A stretch of 64,000 nucleotides of DNA from an uncultured Bacteroidota bacterium (GTDB lineage: Bacteria; Bacteroidota; Ignavibacteria; UBA10030; UBA6906). The notes beneath the pieces are model-generated. The model did not search any database. It was not told the origin of the DNA and saw nothing but the letters and a program-made list of their open reading frames with translations. Positions within the stretch are counted from its first letter, which is position 1; every line of letters starts with the position of its first letter. Shown here one piece after another: positions 38,075-48,417 of this stretch. The position numbers were made by a program, and so were the translations under genes. Location of the stretch: assembly GCA_963700635.1 (NCBI GenBank), contig CAVOYH010000003.1, positions 992,001 to 1,056,000 of the forward strand, written 5' to 3'.

Positions 38075-39769
38075 ATGAAACAACAACCCAGACTCACCGG
38101 CATTCTGGCTGTGATCGTGCTTGCGCTGCTTGGTCTTCTGGCCATTCAGGCGATCCTGATCAATATGGCGTATACTGCGAAGGACCAGGCCTTCCGCCAG
38201 AACGTCAGCGCGGCGTTGCAGACCGTTGCACAGCGCCTCGAAGCCCGCGAGCTCTTTACCACCGTCATGTGGGTCGGTGACCATCCGGGGCGACCGGCCC
38301 GCAGGGATTCGGATAAACAGGAAACCCGGGTGATGGTCTCCGTCAACGGCGACGTCACGGGACCAGCCACTGCCGACTCCGGGAAACTGCCCGTGCGCGT
38401 TGAAGGAAATCGCCTCCAGTATGTCGTCGGTGCCCCCCAGAAAATAAGTTTGCGGACGTTTGATATCGTCTCCGGCCGTGAATCCTCCCTTGTTGATACG
38501 TTCAGGGGTGAAGGAATCTATGAGACCGACCTGGATACGGCCCGTTTTAAGAAGGGGGAGTTTATGTTTCGTTACATGACCTCCGATGATTCGGTTGTGC
38601 TCCACTATGCCGGGAAGGCTCCGGTCGGATTCACCACATCAACAGGGAAACCCGGGAAAAGGGAAACGCTCATCTCGCAGGTGGTTGACCGCCTCAGCAC
38701 ATTTAACAGGGAACGGATAGAACAACGGATCCCGCCTGCGGTGCTGGATTCGCTGCTGCGCACACATCTGCAGGAGAACGGTATCGGGATTGCCTATGCG
38801 TACGGCATCCAGGCCGCGGGAGAAGACACGCTCCGGACGGCCGTACCATCCGGCGACTCAGCGGTACTTGCGGCAACACCATTTCGCACACGCCTCTTCC
38901 CCGCAGATATTCTTGCTCCCCGGAATGACCTTCTGATCCACTTCCCCGGCCAGCAGTGGTACCTCTGGCAGCAGGTGGGCCCGTTTATGCTGGCCACGCT
39001 GGTGTTTGTAGGACTTATCGTTTTTGGATTTTTCCGGACTGTCCGGACAATCCTCCGCCAGGAACGGCTCAGCGCGCAGGTCAGGGAATTCATCAACAAC
39101 ATGGTTCATGAATTTAAGACGCCCCTTTCCACCATCACGCTTGCAGGTGAAGCAATCGTCCGCCCGGATGTGATCGGCCAGCGTTCCCGCATCCGCAGAT
39201 ACACAGGAGTGATTCAGGAAGAAACATCGCGGATGCGTGACCAGGTCAGCAAGATCCTGCAGATGGCCGTGGTGGAGGAAGGTGACTATGAGCTCACGCT
39301 AAAACGTCTGGATGTCCATGCGCTTCTGGAGCGTGTCGGAAAAACTGTTGCGGTCCGGGTGGAAAGCCGCGGCGGGTCACTCGGCATGAATCCCGGAGCA
39401 ACCTCATTCCACGTGAACGCCGACGAGATGCATCTGACAAACATTTTCCACAACATCCTTGACAACGCATTACAATACAGTGCGACCGCCCCCGCAATCA
39501 CTGTGGATACCTCGAACGAGAACGACGTACTGGTGATCAGGGTTCAGGACAACGGGATCGGGATCCCGGCGGAGCATGTCCGTAGGGTCTTCGAGAAATA
39601 TTTCCGCGTTCCGACCCGCAACGTTCATGAAGTAAAAGGTTTCGGGCTCGGACTCGCGTATGTCAGGCTGATGGTGACGGCAATGTCCGGGTCCGTGGCA
39701 GTGGAAAGTTCTCCCGGCGCCGGCACCGCCGTGATCCTGCGATTCCCTGTTGCAGAAGCGGAACGGTGA
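38075..39769 (+). CDS. Sensor histidine kinase (RprX-like)
   Basis: Two TM helices; NMVHEFKTP, NILDNA, DNGIGI, GFGLGL. Confidence 0.92.
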   Translation: MKQQPRLTGILAVIVLALLGLLAIQAILINMAYTAKDQAFRQNVSAALQTVAQRLEARELFTTVMWVGDHPGRPARRDSDKQETRVMVSVNGDVTGPATADSGKLPVRVEGNRLQYVVGAPQKISLRTFDIVSGRESSLVDTFRGEGIYETDLDTARFKKGEFMFRYMTSDDSVVLHYAGKAPVGFTTSTGKPGKRETLISQVVDRLSTFNRERIEQRIPPAVLDSLLRTHLQENGIGIAYAYGIQAAGEDTLRTAVPSGDSAVLAATPFRTRLFPADILAPRNDLLIHFPGQQWYLWQQVGPFMLATLVFVGLIVFGFFRTVRTILRQERLSAQVREFINNMVHEFKTPLSTITLAGEAIVRPDVIGQRSRIRRYTGVIQEETSRMRDQVSKILQMAVVEEGDYELTLKRLDVHALLERVGKTVAVRVESRGGSLGMNPGATSFHVNADEMHLTNIFHNILDNALQYSATAPAITVDTSNENDVLVIRVQDNGIGIPAEHVRRVFEKYFRVPTRNVHEVKGFGLGLAYVRLMVTAMSGSVAVESSPGAGTAVILRFPVAEAER

Positions 39770-40557
39770 CTCCTATGCCCACCCGGCGAATCCTCCTTCT
39801 CGAAGACGACGGCAACCTCGGGTTTATTCTCACGGAACACCTCGAACTCCACGGATTTACGGTGGATTTGCATACGAACGGAGTGGACGGGATGGATACC
39901 TACCGCAGGGGGCGGTATGCGTTGTGCCTGGTGGATGTGATGATGCCAAAGAAGGACGGGTTCACGTTCGCCAGGGAATTGCGTGCAAAGGACGATTTTC
40001 TCCCGATTATCTTCCTCACTGCGAAGTCACTCAAGGAGGACCGCGTAGAGGGGTTGAAGATAGGAGCAGACGACTACATCACGAAGCCGTTCAGCATGGA
40101 AGAGTTGATGTTGCGGATTCAGGCGGTGCTGAAGCGGAGCCGGCCGCATGCGGACCTCAATTCTCCCCCCACGTCCTTTACGCTCGGGAAGTTCCGGTTT
40201 AACGCTGAAGCGCGGACGCTGAAGTGCGGCTCAACGGTGGAGGTGCTTACGACGCGTGAAGCTGAACTGTTGCAGCACCTCTGTGAGCAGGGGAGAGGTG
40301 TTCTGGACAGATCCTCTGCGCTCCGTCATATCTGGGGGACAGATTCGTTCTTTGCGGGGCGGAGTATGGACGTGTTTATTTCCAAACTCCGGAAACGACT
40401 CTCGGCAGACCCCTCGATCCAGATAGTCAATGTACACGGGAAAGGATTCCGCCTTGTCACAAAAGAAGAACCCGGGTCTGAACGGAGCAGGGAGCCCGGA
40501 GCAAAAATGGGGGGTCGGATTCCGCCTCCCAGAAAACCAAAGCGCAGGGATCGGTAA
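39766..40557 (+). CDS. OmpR-family response regulator (RprY-like)
   Basis: LLEDD, DVMMP, GADDYITKPF, RSMDVFISKLRK, NVHGKGF. Confidence 0.93.
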   Translation: MTPMPTRRILLLEDDGNLGFILTEHLELHGFTVDLHTNGVDGMDTYRRGRYALCLVDVMMPKKDGFTFARELRAKDDFLPIIFLTAKSLKEDRVEGLKIGADDYITKPFSMEELMLRIQAVLKRSRPHADLNSPPTSFTLGKFRFNAEARTLKCGSTVEVLTTREAELLQHLCEQGRGVLDRSSALRHIWGTDSFFAGRSMDVFISKLRKRLSADPSIQIVNVHGKGFRLVTKEEPGSERSREPGAKMGGRIPPPRKPKRRDR

Positions 40558-40571
40558 CCTGATCCCTGCGC
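40542..40571. terminator. Hairpin between convergent genes
   Basis: GCGCAGGGATC...GATCCCTGCGC. Confidence 0.6.
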
Positions 40572-40592
40572 ACGTCCTCTGCTGCACTTCGC

Positions 40593-41216
40593 CTAGTACT
40601 TGACGCTGCAGCCATACGGTTTTGTGGCGGATGTTGTTACCGCCTTCCCCGCCAGGAGCGCGTCCAGCGCATCCTTCACGTAGTTCACCGTTGTTTCCTT
40701 GCCGCCCCGAGGGTCATCGTCAATGGCGCCGTTATACACCAATGTCCCCTCTTTGTCAATGATATACATGTGCGGGGTGGTCTTGGCATCGAACTGCTTG
40801 CCAACCTTGCTGTCGGTATCCATCAGGAGGGCGGTGAATCCCGCCTTCCATGAGGCGAATGTTTCTTTGAGCGACTCCGGAGACTCGTAATCGCCGTGGT
40901 TCTTGTTTGTGGAGTTGATGGTGAGCCACACGACTCCCTTTTCCACATACTGCTTCTGCGCCATGTTCATGATTCCGTCGCGGTACACCCGCTGGACGAA
41001 CGGGCAGTTGGGGTTGGTCCATTCCAGGACGATGACCTTCCCCTTAAAATCCTTCAGATGATGGGTTTGCCCTGCGATGTCGGTAAGTGAAAATACAGGG
41101 GCGGTCTTTCCGATTTCCGCCACAGAAAGAGGCGGGTTCCCTGCGGATGCTGTCAAAGCGGCCATGATGATCATAATAGTCAGTCCTCCTGCGAGTGATC
41201 TCCACTGAAAAAACAT
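40593..41216 (-). CDS. Thioredoxin-like (AhpC/TSA redoxin) exported protein
   Basis: LEWTNPNCPFV, AKTTPHMY, YNGAIDD, PYGCSVKY. Confidence 0.88.
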   Translation of the reverse strand: MFFQWRSLAGGLTIMIIMAALTASAGNPPLSVAEIGKTAPVFSLTDIAGQTHHLKDFKGKVIVLEWTNPNCPFVQRVYRDGIMNMAQKQYVEKGVVWLTINSTNKNHGDYESPESLKETFASWKAGFTALLMDTDSKVGKQFDAKTTPHMYIIDKEGTLVYNGAIDDDPRGGKETTVNYVKDALDALLAGKAVTTSATKPYGCSVKY

Positions 41217-41268
41217 ATCCTACCCTCCGGTTGATAAATGAGTAATATGAAAATTAGACACCTTCGAA

Positions 41269-42075
41269 CTACCGATATTCCACCTTCGTGTGCAGGCGGT
41301 ATCCTTTCCCCCGGACGATGGCCAGCCCGCTGATTGATCGTACCACGATGGAATCATCATATGGAGTCATCTGAATGGTGATACCATTCTTTCCCACAAC
41401 AATCCGTTTGTGGTCGATCACGGTGTTTTCAATCGGATCCGGATAGAAGTCGTCCACGAGATCCGTCAATGGAACATGTATCATGAGAGCGCTCTCGGAA
41501 CGTGTCGCGTGGGCGACGCCGGCGGTGATCTTCAGATCAGAGAGGTTCCCCGGCGCCTGGCTGGAAAATCGTTCGGCGAGTTCTCCGGCGGAACGCCGGG
41601 TGGAAGGAACCCGGTCAGGTGCCAGCGCAAGCGATGCCTTTCCCGGTATGCAGCTTTCACTGCAGACCAGCCAATCCAGATCGACCCTGATGGTATCCTC
41701 CTGCCTCACCCTGTAGCCAGCCGGGGGCGTGAGTGTGCAGAGCACGATCAGCTCCCGGTGGTAGCCATACGCCACGATATCGGCGTGAACGATCTTTTCG
41801 GGAGTAGGAAAACGCAATGCGCCGGCCTCGAATCCGTCGGGCAGCATCCACTTTGCCGCCAGCGGCAGCCCTGCATCGCCGGGGTTGGTCCAGTAGAGGT
41901 ACCAATCCGGTGAAAGTGTGAGGTGTATGATCGCGGTAAACGGCCTTGAAAAATCATCCGCCGGGGTGCTCAGTGTGGTTGAGAGGACGGGCGCCATTGT
42001 CCGGCTCCGGGAAGCTGAGTGGTCAGTGGGGATGATTACGCTCAAAACGATCAGAATGAGGGAAACGAAGGGCAT
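41269..42075 (-). CDS. DsbD N-terminal-like domain protein
   Basis: WYLYWTNPGDAG, WLVCSESCIP. Confidence 0.82.
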   Translation of the reverse strand: MPFVSLILIVLSVIIPTDHSASRSRTMAPVLSTTLSTPADDFSRPFTAIIHLTLSPDWYLYWTNPGDAGLPLAAKWMLPDGFEAGALRFPTPEKIVHADIVAYGYHRELIVLCTLTPPAGYRVRQEDTIRVDLDWLVCSESCIPGKASLALAPDRVPSTRRSAGELAERFSSQAPGNLSDLKITAGVAHATRSESALMIHVPLTDLVDDFYPDPIENTVIDHKRIVVGKNGITIQMTPYDDSIVVRSISGLAIVRGKGYRLHTKVEYR

Positions 42076-42135
42076 TCTCGTACCTGTGTTTCCTTCTTGA
42101 ACGCTCCGGCGGGCTTGCCGGTTCCGTTGTGCCCT

Positions 42136-44664
42136 CTACATTATCCCGACCGGATCAACGTCCACGATCACCTGCGTCTTCTTCACACGCCCCTGCACGG
42201 TTTCCGTCGCGTGACGTATGCGGGCATGGGTAATCGCGCCGGAAGGGTCGATACCCTTGACAGTCTTCAAGACAATATGCCAGCGGTACTGACGCTTGAT
42301 CTTGCCTATCACAGCCGGAGCTGGTCCGAGCAGGGCGTAGGGGGGTGTGTCCTTCTTCAGCACATCTGCCAGCCGCTCCGCCAGCTTCCGCACCTCTTCT
42401 TCGTCCTCTCCCCTCGTCTCGACCAATACCAGCCGTGAGAGTGGCGGGTAGTTCAACTCCTCCCGCTCGGCAAACTCTTCCTGGAAATACGCTTCATAAT
42501 CATGATCCAGTATATGGACCAGCGTGCGATGATCAGGCTGTGAGGTCTGAATGATGACTTCGCCCTTGAGCAGACTCCGTCCCGCTCTGCCCGCCACCTG
42601 TGTCAACAGCTGAAAGGTCCGCTCCGAGGAACGGAAATCGGGGAGCAACATCTGCGTATCCGCACTGATAACGCCGACGAGTGTCACGTGGGGAAAATCC
42701 AACCCCTTTGCGACCATCTGTGTGCCCAGCAGAATATCCGCTTCGCGGTCTCCAAACTGCCGCAGTATCCGGTCGTGCGCACCGCGTCGGGAGGTCGTGT
42801 CCAGATCCATCCGGAGCAGTCTGGCAGAGGGAAAGGTTGACGCAAGTTCTTCCTCCACCCTCTGCGTCCCGACACCGTGCAACCGGATTGCCGATCCGCC
42901 ACACTGCGGGCACAGGAGAGCCGGCCGGCGGACAAGTCCGCAATAGTGACAACGGAGATGTTTTTTGCTCAGATGGTACGTCAAAGAAACGTGACAGTTG
43001 TCGCACATTTCAACGTATCCGCACTCGTGACATTCCACAAAGGGCGCAAAGCCCCGCCGGTTTTGCAGAAGGATGATCCCTTCGTGCCGCTCCAGCCGTT
43101 CGGCCATTTTTTCATGCAGGAGTCGGGACAGCGCCGGATGACGGAATTCCTTCATCTTCCCGCGCTGGTCCTGCGGTAACGATTCCCGGGTGGCGGCGTA
43201 CACCTCTTTCCGCTCTTTCGTCAGATCCACAATACGCACGTCGGGCAGGAGTGCATTATCAATCCGGTCGGGCATTGTGAGCAGTTCAAATTTTCCCGAT
43301 CGCGCATTCGCAAAGGATTCAAGGGATGGCGTTGCAGAACCCAGCAGCACGACCGCGCCGGCGTCATGCCCGCGCATGATGGCTACGTCACGCGCATGAT
43401 ACCGTGGCACGGAGTCGTATTGTTTGTAGGACGCTTCGTGCTCTTCATCGACAACAATAAGACCAAGGTTGGGCAGCGGTGCAAACACGGCGGATCTCGG
43501 TCCGATCACGACGCGGCAGCGTCCGTCCAGCGCAAGCCGCCAGACGTCATACCGTTCGCCGGCCGACATCCGGCTATGGACCACCAGGACCTGATCTTCA
43601 AAGTGACTCTTGAATCGCCGGACGATTTGCGGGGTGAGCGAAATCTCCGGAACAAGGACTATCGCAGTTTTCCCTGCGTCCAGACAGTGCCGGATCGCCT
43701 TAATATAGACCTGGGTCTTTCCGCTGGCGGTAACGCCGTGCAGAAGAAAGGTCCGATGCCGTCCTTCATCGAGAGCCGCCACGAGCCGGTCACGAACCTG
43801 TTGCTGGACGGAGTTCAGCACGATCTGCAGTGTTCGCTCTTCCACGCCATACTCCTGCTGGCGTGTCACTTCGCGTCTGACAACCGACAGGAGCCCGCTC
43901 TCACGGAACGGTTTGAGAATCCCGGTGGATGCACCTGACTGTTTTAACAGGTCAAGCAGATCGGCATTTTGAAGACCCTGTTCCTTCAAGGCGAACAGGG
44001 ATGTCAGAAATGTTATCGCCTTTTTCCGCCGTGCCGGGAGTTCGCCGATTGTCGTGCGGAGCGCGGCCACGTCCAGGGTGCGGAGATCCAGAAAGTCACG
44101 CATCTTGATCCCTGCTTTTGGCCGTGGGAGTACTTCCTCGGTGGCCAGAAATCCTTCCTGTTCCATCTCGTTAAGTGCTGCATGAATGGAATTCAAACCG
44201 GTCTGTTTCTTGAGATCTGTAGCGGAAAGGCTGCCATGGTCAAACAGCAGGTCGAGGATACGTGCACGTTTTGAAGAGTGTTTCCGCAGGGTCTCAATCC
44301 GGGGATCAGCCGGCTCAACCAGCGCACGCACCTTTCGCTTGCTCGTTTGTCCGAACCCATGTGGCAGCGCAGCCCGGATCACGTCACCCAGCGGTGCCAT
44401 ATAGTACCGGGCGACCCACGAGCAGATTGTCAGGAGGTGAGTTGAAAGCGACGGTTCCCTGTCCAGTACATCCGCGATGCTTCTCAGGCGCGGATGCGAG
44501 GAGGAGGGAGGCAGGGAGACAATAATTCCGGTTGTGAGCTTTCTGCCAAATGGAACAAGTACACGAACGCCGATACGGGCGGTCGGGAGAAGCTGCTCTG
44601 GAATCAGATAGGTAAACGTTTTGTCGACACCGGCGGGGATGGCGACTTCTGCATAGTGCGGCAT
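42136..44664 (-). CDS. priA: Primosomal protein N'
   Basis: GVTASGKT, VDEEHE, SATPS, four CxxC, GTQMVAKGLD, QVAGRAGR. Confidence 0.96.
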   Translation of the reverse strand: MPHYAEVAIPAGVDKTFTYLIPEQLLPTARIGVRVLVPFGRKLTTGIIVSLPPSSSHPRLRSIADVLDREPSLSTHLLTICSWVARYYMAPLGDVIRAALPHGFGQTSKRKVRALVEPADPRIETLRKHSSKRARILDLLFDHGSLSATDLKKQTGLNSIHAALNEMEQEGFLATEEVLPRPKAGIKMRDFLDLRTLDVAALRTTIGELPARRKKAITFLTSLFALKEQGLQNADLLDLLKQSGASTGILKPFRESGLLSVVRREVTRQQEYGVEERTLQIVLNSVQQQVRDRLVAALDEGRHRTFLLHGVTASGKTQVYIKAIRHCLDAGKTAIVLVPEISLTPQIVRRFKSHFEDQVLVVHSRMSAGERYDVWRLALDGRCRVVIGPRSAVFAPLPNLGLIVVDEEHEASYKQYDSVPRYHARDVAIMRGHDAGAVVLLGSATPSLESFANARSGKFELLTMPDRIDNALLPDVRIVDLTKERKEVYAATRESLPQDQRGKMKEFRHPALSRLLHEKMAERLERHEGIILLQNRRGFAPFVECHECGYVEMCDNCHVSLTYHLSKKHLRCHYCGLVRRPALLCPQCGGSAIRLHGVGTQRVEEELASTFPSARLLRMDLDTTSRRGAHDRILRQFGDREADILLGTQMVAKGLDFPHVTLVGVISADTQMLLPDFRSSERTFQLLTQVAGRAGRSLLKGEVIIQTSQPDHRTLVHILDHDYEAYFQEEFAEREELNYPPLSRLVLVETRGEDEEEVRKLAERLADVLKKDTPPYALLGPAPAVIGKIKRQYRWHIVLKTVKGIDPSGAITHARIRHATETVQGRVKKTQVIVDVDPVGIM

Positions 44665-44708
44665 GCACTGAATATCACCAGAAACAGGGAGGAGTTCAAG
44701 GGGACATG

Positions 44709-45072
44709 TTATTCGTCGCGGTGCACTGTGTCCGGGGAAAAAGCCGGGAGACACACGGCAATATATTCTGCGCCATCGGCCTCGGGAGAACTATACTGTA
44801 TCCACTCTCCCTTGTTCGTGATCACAGCCTGACCTGCCCGTACATCCAGAGCCCCGTCCTTGATGCGTAACGCGCAGCATACCGCGGATCACCAGCGTAT
44901 ATTCATCAAACCCGGGAGTCTGGCCGGGCTCCACCCACCCCGGCGGACTGATCATATGGGCGATGCTGACCTCGCGGTCGCCGGAATTAACTCCCCCGAC
45001 GAATTCCTCGATGATCTTGGGCTTGTTTCCGGCGGCCTGGATCGTTGTCGGACGGTGTATCAATCTGGGCAA
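44709..45072 (-). CDS. Cupin domain protein; +1 frameshift near 44863
   Basis: PGWVEPGQTPGFDEYTLV continues in another frame as KDGALDVRAGQAVITNKGEWIQYSSP...CLPAFSPDTVHRDE*. Confidence 0.8.
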
Positions 45073-45103
45073 GGGAGTGACAACCTTCTCTATCCTGTGA
45101 TAT

Positions 45104-45472
45104 CTATTCCGGATTACTGCGTGCCTGGATGAACGACCGGGTTGCGAACACCAGAAATATCAGGCAGAGCAAAGCCATCACCGCCTGTGCGATCACCGCC
45201 TGCGGGCGTTCAACGGTTCCGCCGCCGATCAGAGTAAAGATCTTCAGGAAACCGGTGAATGTGGCAAGCAAGCCGATCAGCGAGAGGGCGGCAGCACCGT
45301 GCATGGCGTGTTTGCGTTTCGAAGGAGTACGCGCAATGAAGCCGAAGACCAGATACAAGACGCCGAATGCGGCAGGAATAAGAGCAGTCAGGCTCGCACC
45401 CCCGCTCAGACAATACCCGCTGGCTCCAAGAAATATCAGAATCAAGCCGATACCAAGAGATAAACCAACCAT
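45104..45472 (-). CDS. Small 4-TM membrane protein
   Basis: SLTALIPA, RKHAMH; hydrophobic helices. Confidence 0.75.
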   Translation of the reverse strand: MVGLSLGIGLILIFLGASGYCLSGGASLTALIPAAFGVLYLVFGFIARTPSKRKHAMHGAAALSLIGLLATFTGFLKIFTLIGGGTVERPQAVIAQAVMALLCLIFLVFATRSFIQARSNPE

Positions 45473-45586
45473 CTCAGAATCCCTTTCAGTTGTTGTGCAC
45501 CCCTTTGAACAGCGGACTGCCGGCGGAGGTTCCGACCGGGTCCGCCCCGGAGCGAGTCCCGATCTGATGACCGGGCGGTCCGATTG

Positions 45587-46192
45587 CTACATGGTCACGT
45601 GCAGCGCCCTGAGGTCGCGTAGTAATGTGTCAGGGTGGGTATAGACAAGGGCGTGCATACCGAGCCGCTCAGCCGCTTCTGCGTTCTCACGGATGTCGTC
45701 GATGTAGACGCAGACCTCCGCCTCAAAGCCGAGCTTTTGCAGCATGTCCTCATAGATGGCCGTTGCCGGCTTCATCGCTCTGACTTCATAGGAAAGACTC
45801 ACCGCGTCAAACAGCGGAAACACCTCGACGGTCTTAATGTTGTACTCAAAATGCCATTCATTGGTGTTTGAAAGAAGTCCGATGCGGTAGTGCGGTTTGA
45901 GTTGCCGTATGAGCGTGAACGTGGATTCGATCGGGGTGAAGATATCGGTGTACGCGTGTATAAAATCCTGCCGGGAAATGTCTATTCTGGCCGTCTCTGT
46001 GAGTTGGAGGAAGAATTGATCGGAGGTAAGGTGGCCGGTTTCGTAGGCGATGGCCAGCCGCGAGATCTCGGGCATCAGGCCGTGCAGCTCGTTGACGGTG
46101 CACCGGCTGCGCCCGGCCAGGTTTTCAAAAAACCTTGCCACGCTGAACGTGCAGAGGACATTGCCGAAGTCAAATATCACCGCCTTGATCAC
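45587..46192 (-). CDS. HAD-family phosphatase (YihX-like)
   Basis: IFDFGNV, LSNTN, KP, IDD. Confidence 0.9.
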   Translation of the reverse strand: MIKAVIFDFGNVLCTFSVARFFENLAGRSRCTVNELHGLMPEISRLAIAYETGHLTSDQFFLQLTETARIDISRQDFIHAYTDIFTPIESTFTLIRQLKPHYRIGLLSNTNEWHFEYNIKTVEVFPLFDAVSLSYEVRAMKPATAIYEDMLQKLGFEAEVCVYIDDIRENAEAAERLGMHALVYTHPDTLLRDLRALHVTM

Positions 46193-47289
46193 GGCCGGCC
46201 CTTTTCGTTGTGATGTCCCACGATGACCGGTTCGATGGAGAGTCGCACGCCGAAGGTGTTTTCCACTCCTGTTCGGATCTCCTCGGCAAGAGCAAGTAAC
46301 TCACTGGTTGTTCCACCCCGGTTGACAAGCGCGAGGGCGTGTTTCTCTGAAATGCAGATATTGCCGCGCCGGGTGCCTTTCGGGAACCCCGCATTTTCCA
46401 CAAGCCAGGCAGCCGGTATCTTGATGCCGCCCGGGGAAGGGTGCGCGGGGACCGGGTCCGTTTTTCCCGACTGCTGCCAGCGTTGCCGTATGTCGTCCAC
46501 CTGGGCGGGATCCAGCACCGGGTTCATAAAAAAGGAACCGACGGAACGGGTGTTCGGGTCGGTCCGATCGATCACCATCGACTTGGCGCGGCGGAGGCGG
46601 AGGACCGCCTTTCTTGCCTGATTCAAGGCCGGAGCGCCGGCGGGAAGTGCGTCTTCCGATCCCTCCCCAGCGATTGTCTGTGCGAGTTCCGGATAACGGA
46701 TTCGCGGACGTGCTTCCTGTTCAAGGCGAAACACTACGGTTGTGACAATATACCGGCCCGCATCCTCTCCCTTGAACCGGCTGGTGCGATATCCGAATTT
46801 GCACTCCGTGCCGGACAACCGCACTTCGTTACCGGTCGCGCGTTCGAGCACTGTCACTGTTTCGAGCGTATCCCGTACTTCCTGTCCGTACGCACCCACG
46901 TTCTGGATGGGTGTTGCGCCGGCAGATCCGGGAATGCCGGCCAGACACTCAATACCGCCAAGTCCGCGTGCCACGCACGCGGTGACAACATCGTCCCAGA
47001 GTTCCCCGGCGCCCACCGTGACCTGGCACATGCGGGTTGAATCGGCAAAGTCCAGCCCGGGAATTTCCACCCGCAGAATCAGGCCGGGATATCCCTCGTC
47101 ACTGAACACAACATTACTTCCCCCGCCGAGAACCATGACGGGGACCGAGTGTTCCCGCGCGAAGTCGAGCGCGGAACGGCACTCGTCGGGTGTTGCGCAG
47201 GAAGCGAAAAAACGCGCGGATCCGCCGAGACCGATCGTGGTGAGCGATGCAAGAGAAACATCTTCGCGGATGGCGAGTGATACGCTCAT
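46189..47289 (-). CDS. murB: UDP-N-acetylenolpyruvoylglucosamine reductase
   Basis: GGGSN, IPGSAGATPIQNVGAYG, FGYRTS, GSFFMNP. Confidence 0.95.
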   Translation of the reverse strand: MSVSLAIREDVSLASLTTIGLGGSARFFASCATPDECRSALDFAREHSVPVMVLGGGSNVVFSDEGYPGLILRVEIPGLDFADSTRMCQVTVGAGELWDDVVTACVARGLGGIECLAGIPGSAGATPIQNVGAYGQEVRDTLETVTVLERATGNEVRLSGTECKFGYRTSRFKGEDAGRYIVTTVVFRLEQEARPRIRYPELAQTIAGEGSEDALPAGAPALNQARKAVLRLRRAKSMVIDRTDPNTRSVGSFFMNPVLDPAQVDDIRQRWQQSGKTDPVPAHPSPGGIKIPAAWLVENAGFPKGTRRGNICISEKHALALVNRGGTTSELLALAEEIRTGVENTFGVRLSIEPVIVGHHNEKGRP

Positions 47290-47298
47290 GGGTGCCTG

Positions 47299-47562
47299 TT
47301 ATGGCGTAGTGCGCCGGAGATGAGGTGGCTTGAATCCACGGTACGTGTCGAACCGCGAATCGTAAAAGACAATATTGAATGCGCTGTCCCGCAATGTACC
47401 GCCGGAGGGGTACAGATAGAATTCCGAGATCGTTCCGGTCACACGGTTGACCGGCTTTCCGCCTTCAATGTAGAACTTCAAGGTATAGTACCCCAGGGTA
47501 AACGGAGCGGTCTCCAGTTGAAGAAAGAGATTCTCGTCATTGAACAGATACACATCACTCAT
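47299..47562 (-). CDS. Hypothetical protein
   Basis: 87-aa ORF filling the operon gap between SDR and murB. Confidence 0.7.
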   Translation of the reverse strand: MSDVYLFNDENLFLQLETAPFTLGYYTLKFYIEGGKPVNRVTGTISEFYLYPSGGTLRDSAFNIVFYDSRFDTYRGFKPPHLRRTTP

Positions 47563-47595
47563 CGTGCTCGTCCCGTGCCTTCACCATGCTCCTGT

Positions 47596-48366
47596 TCATC
47601 CTCTGTGCACATGATACACCGACGCCTGGTCTGTCGGCATGACGATCACTTCGCTGATATCGACATGGGGCGGCCGTAATGCGCAGAACAGAGCCACTTC
47701 GGCTATATCCTCGCTGAGCAGAGGCCGCATATTTTCGTATGTCTTTGATGCCCGTTGTGCATCGCCGTGGAAGCGCACAAGACCAAATTCCGTCTCCACA
47801 AGTCCGGGGGATACGGAACATACGCGGATGCCGGTTCCGAGCAGATCCATCTTCAGTCCTTCGGTCAGGGCCCGCACGGCGAATTTGCTTGCACAGTAGA
47901 CATTGCCGTTCGGATACACCTGATGGCCGGCGATGGAACCGATGTTGATGACATGTCCCGCCTTCCGTTCCACCATGCCGGGGATGACCGCACGCGAGAC
48001 ATACAGGAGTCCCTTGACGTTTGTATCGATCATCTCCTCCCAGTCCTGAACAGATCCCTCATGGATCTTGCTGAAACCCCTGGCGAGGCCGGCGTTATTG
48101 ATGAGGATCTGGATATCGCGCCAGTCCGGCGGAAGTTCGCTCACAGCAGCATCGACGGCTTTGCGGTCGCGTACATCCAGTTGTATCGTAGACGTGCGAA
48201 CGCCGTATGCACTCCGGAGCTCCCCGGCAAGGCGGTCAATCCGGTCTTTTCGCCGTGCTGCAAGGAGGAGGGCTGCTCCTTCTCTGGCAAACACACGCGC
48301 ACAAGCTTCACCGATGCCGCTGCTGGCGCCGGTGACAAAGACAATCTGATTCGCAAGTGCTGGCAT
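47596..48366 (-). CDS. Short-chain dehydrogenase (YdfG-like)
   Basis: TGASSGIG, NNAG, YCASK. Confidence 0.92.
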   Translation of the reverse strand: MPALANQIVFVTGASSGIGEACARVFAREGAALLLAARRKDRIDRLAGELRSAYGVRTSTIQLDVRDRKAVDAAVSELPPDWRDIQILINNAGLARGFSKIHEGSVQDWEEMIDTNVKGLLYVSRAVIPGMVERKAGHVINIGSIAGHQVYPNGNVYCASKFAVRALTEGLKMDLLGTGIRVCSVSPGLVETEFGLVRFHGDAQRASKTYENMRPLLSEDIAEVALFCALRPPHVDISEVIVMPTDQASVYHVHRG

Positions 48367-48417
48367 AAGCGGTTCTCCGTAGAATCACGTTCTACTGTTC
48401 ATCGTGGTACGTGCTGC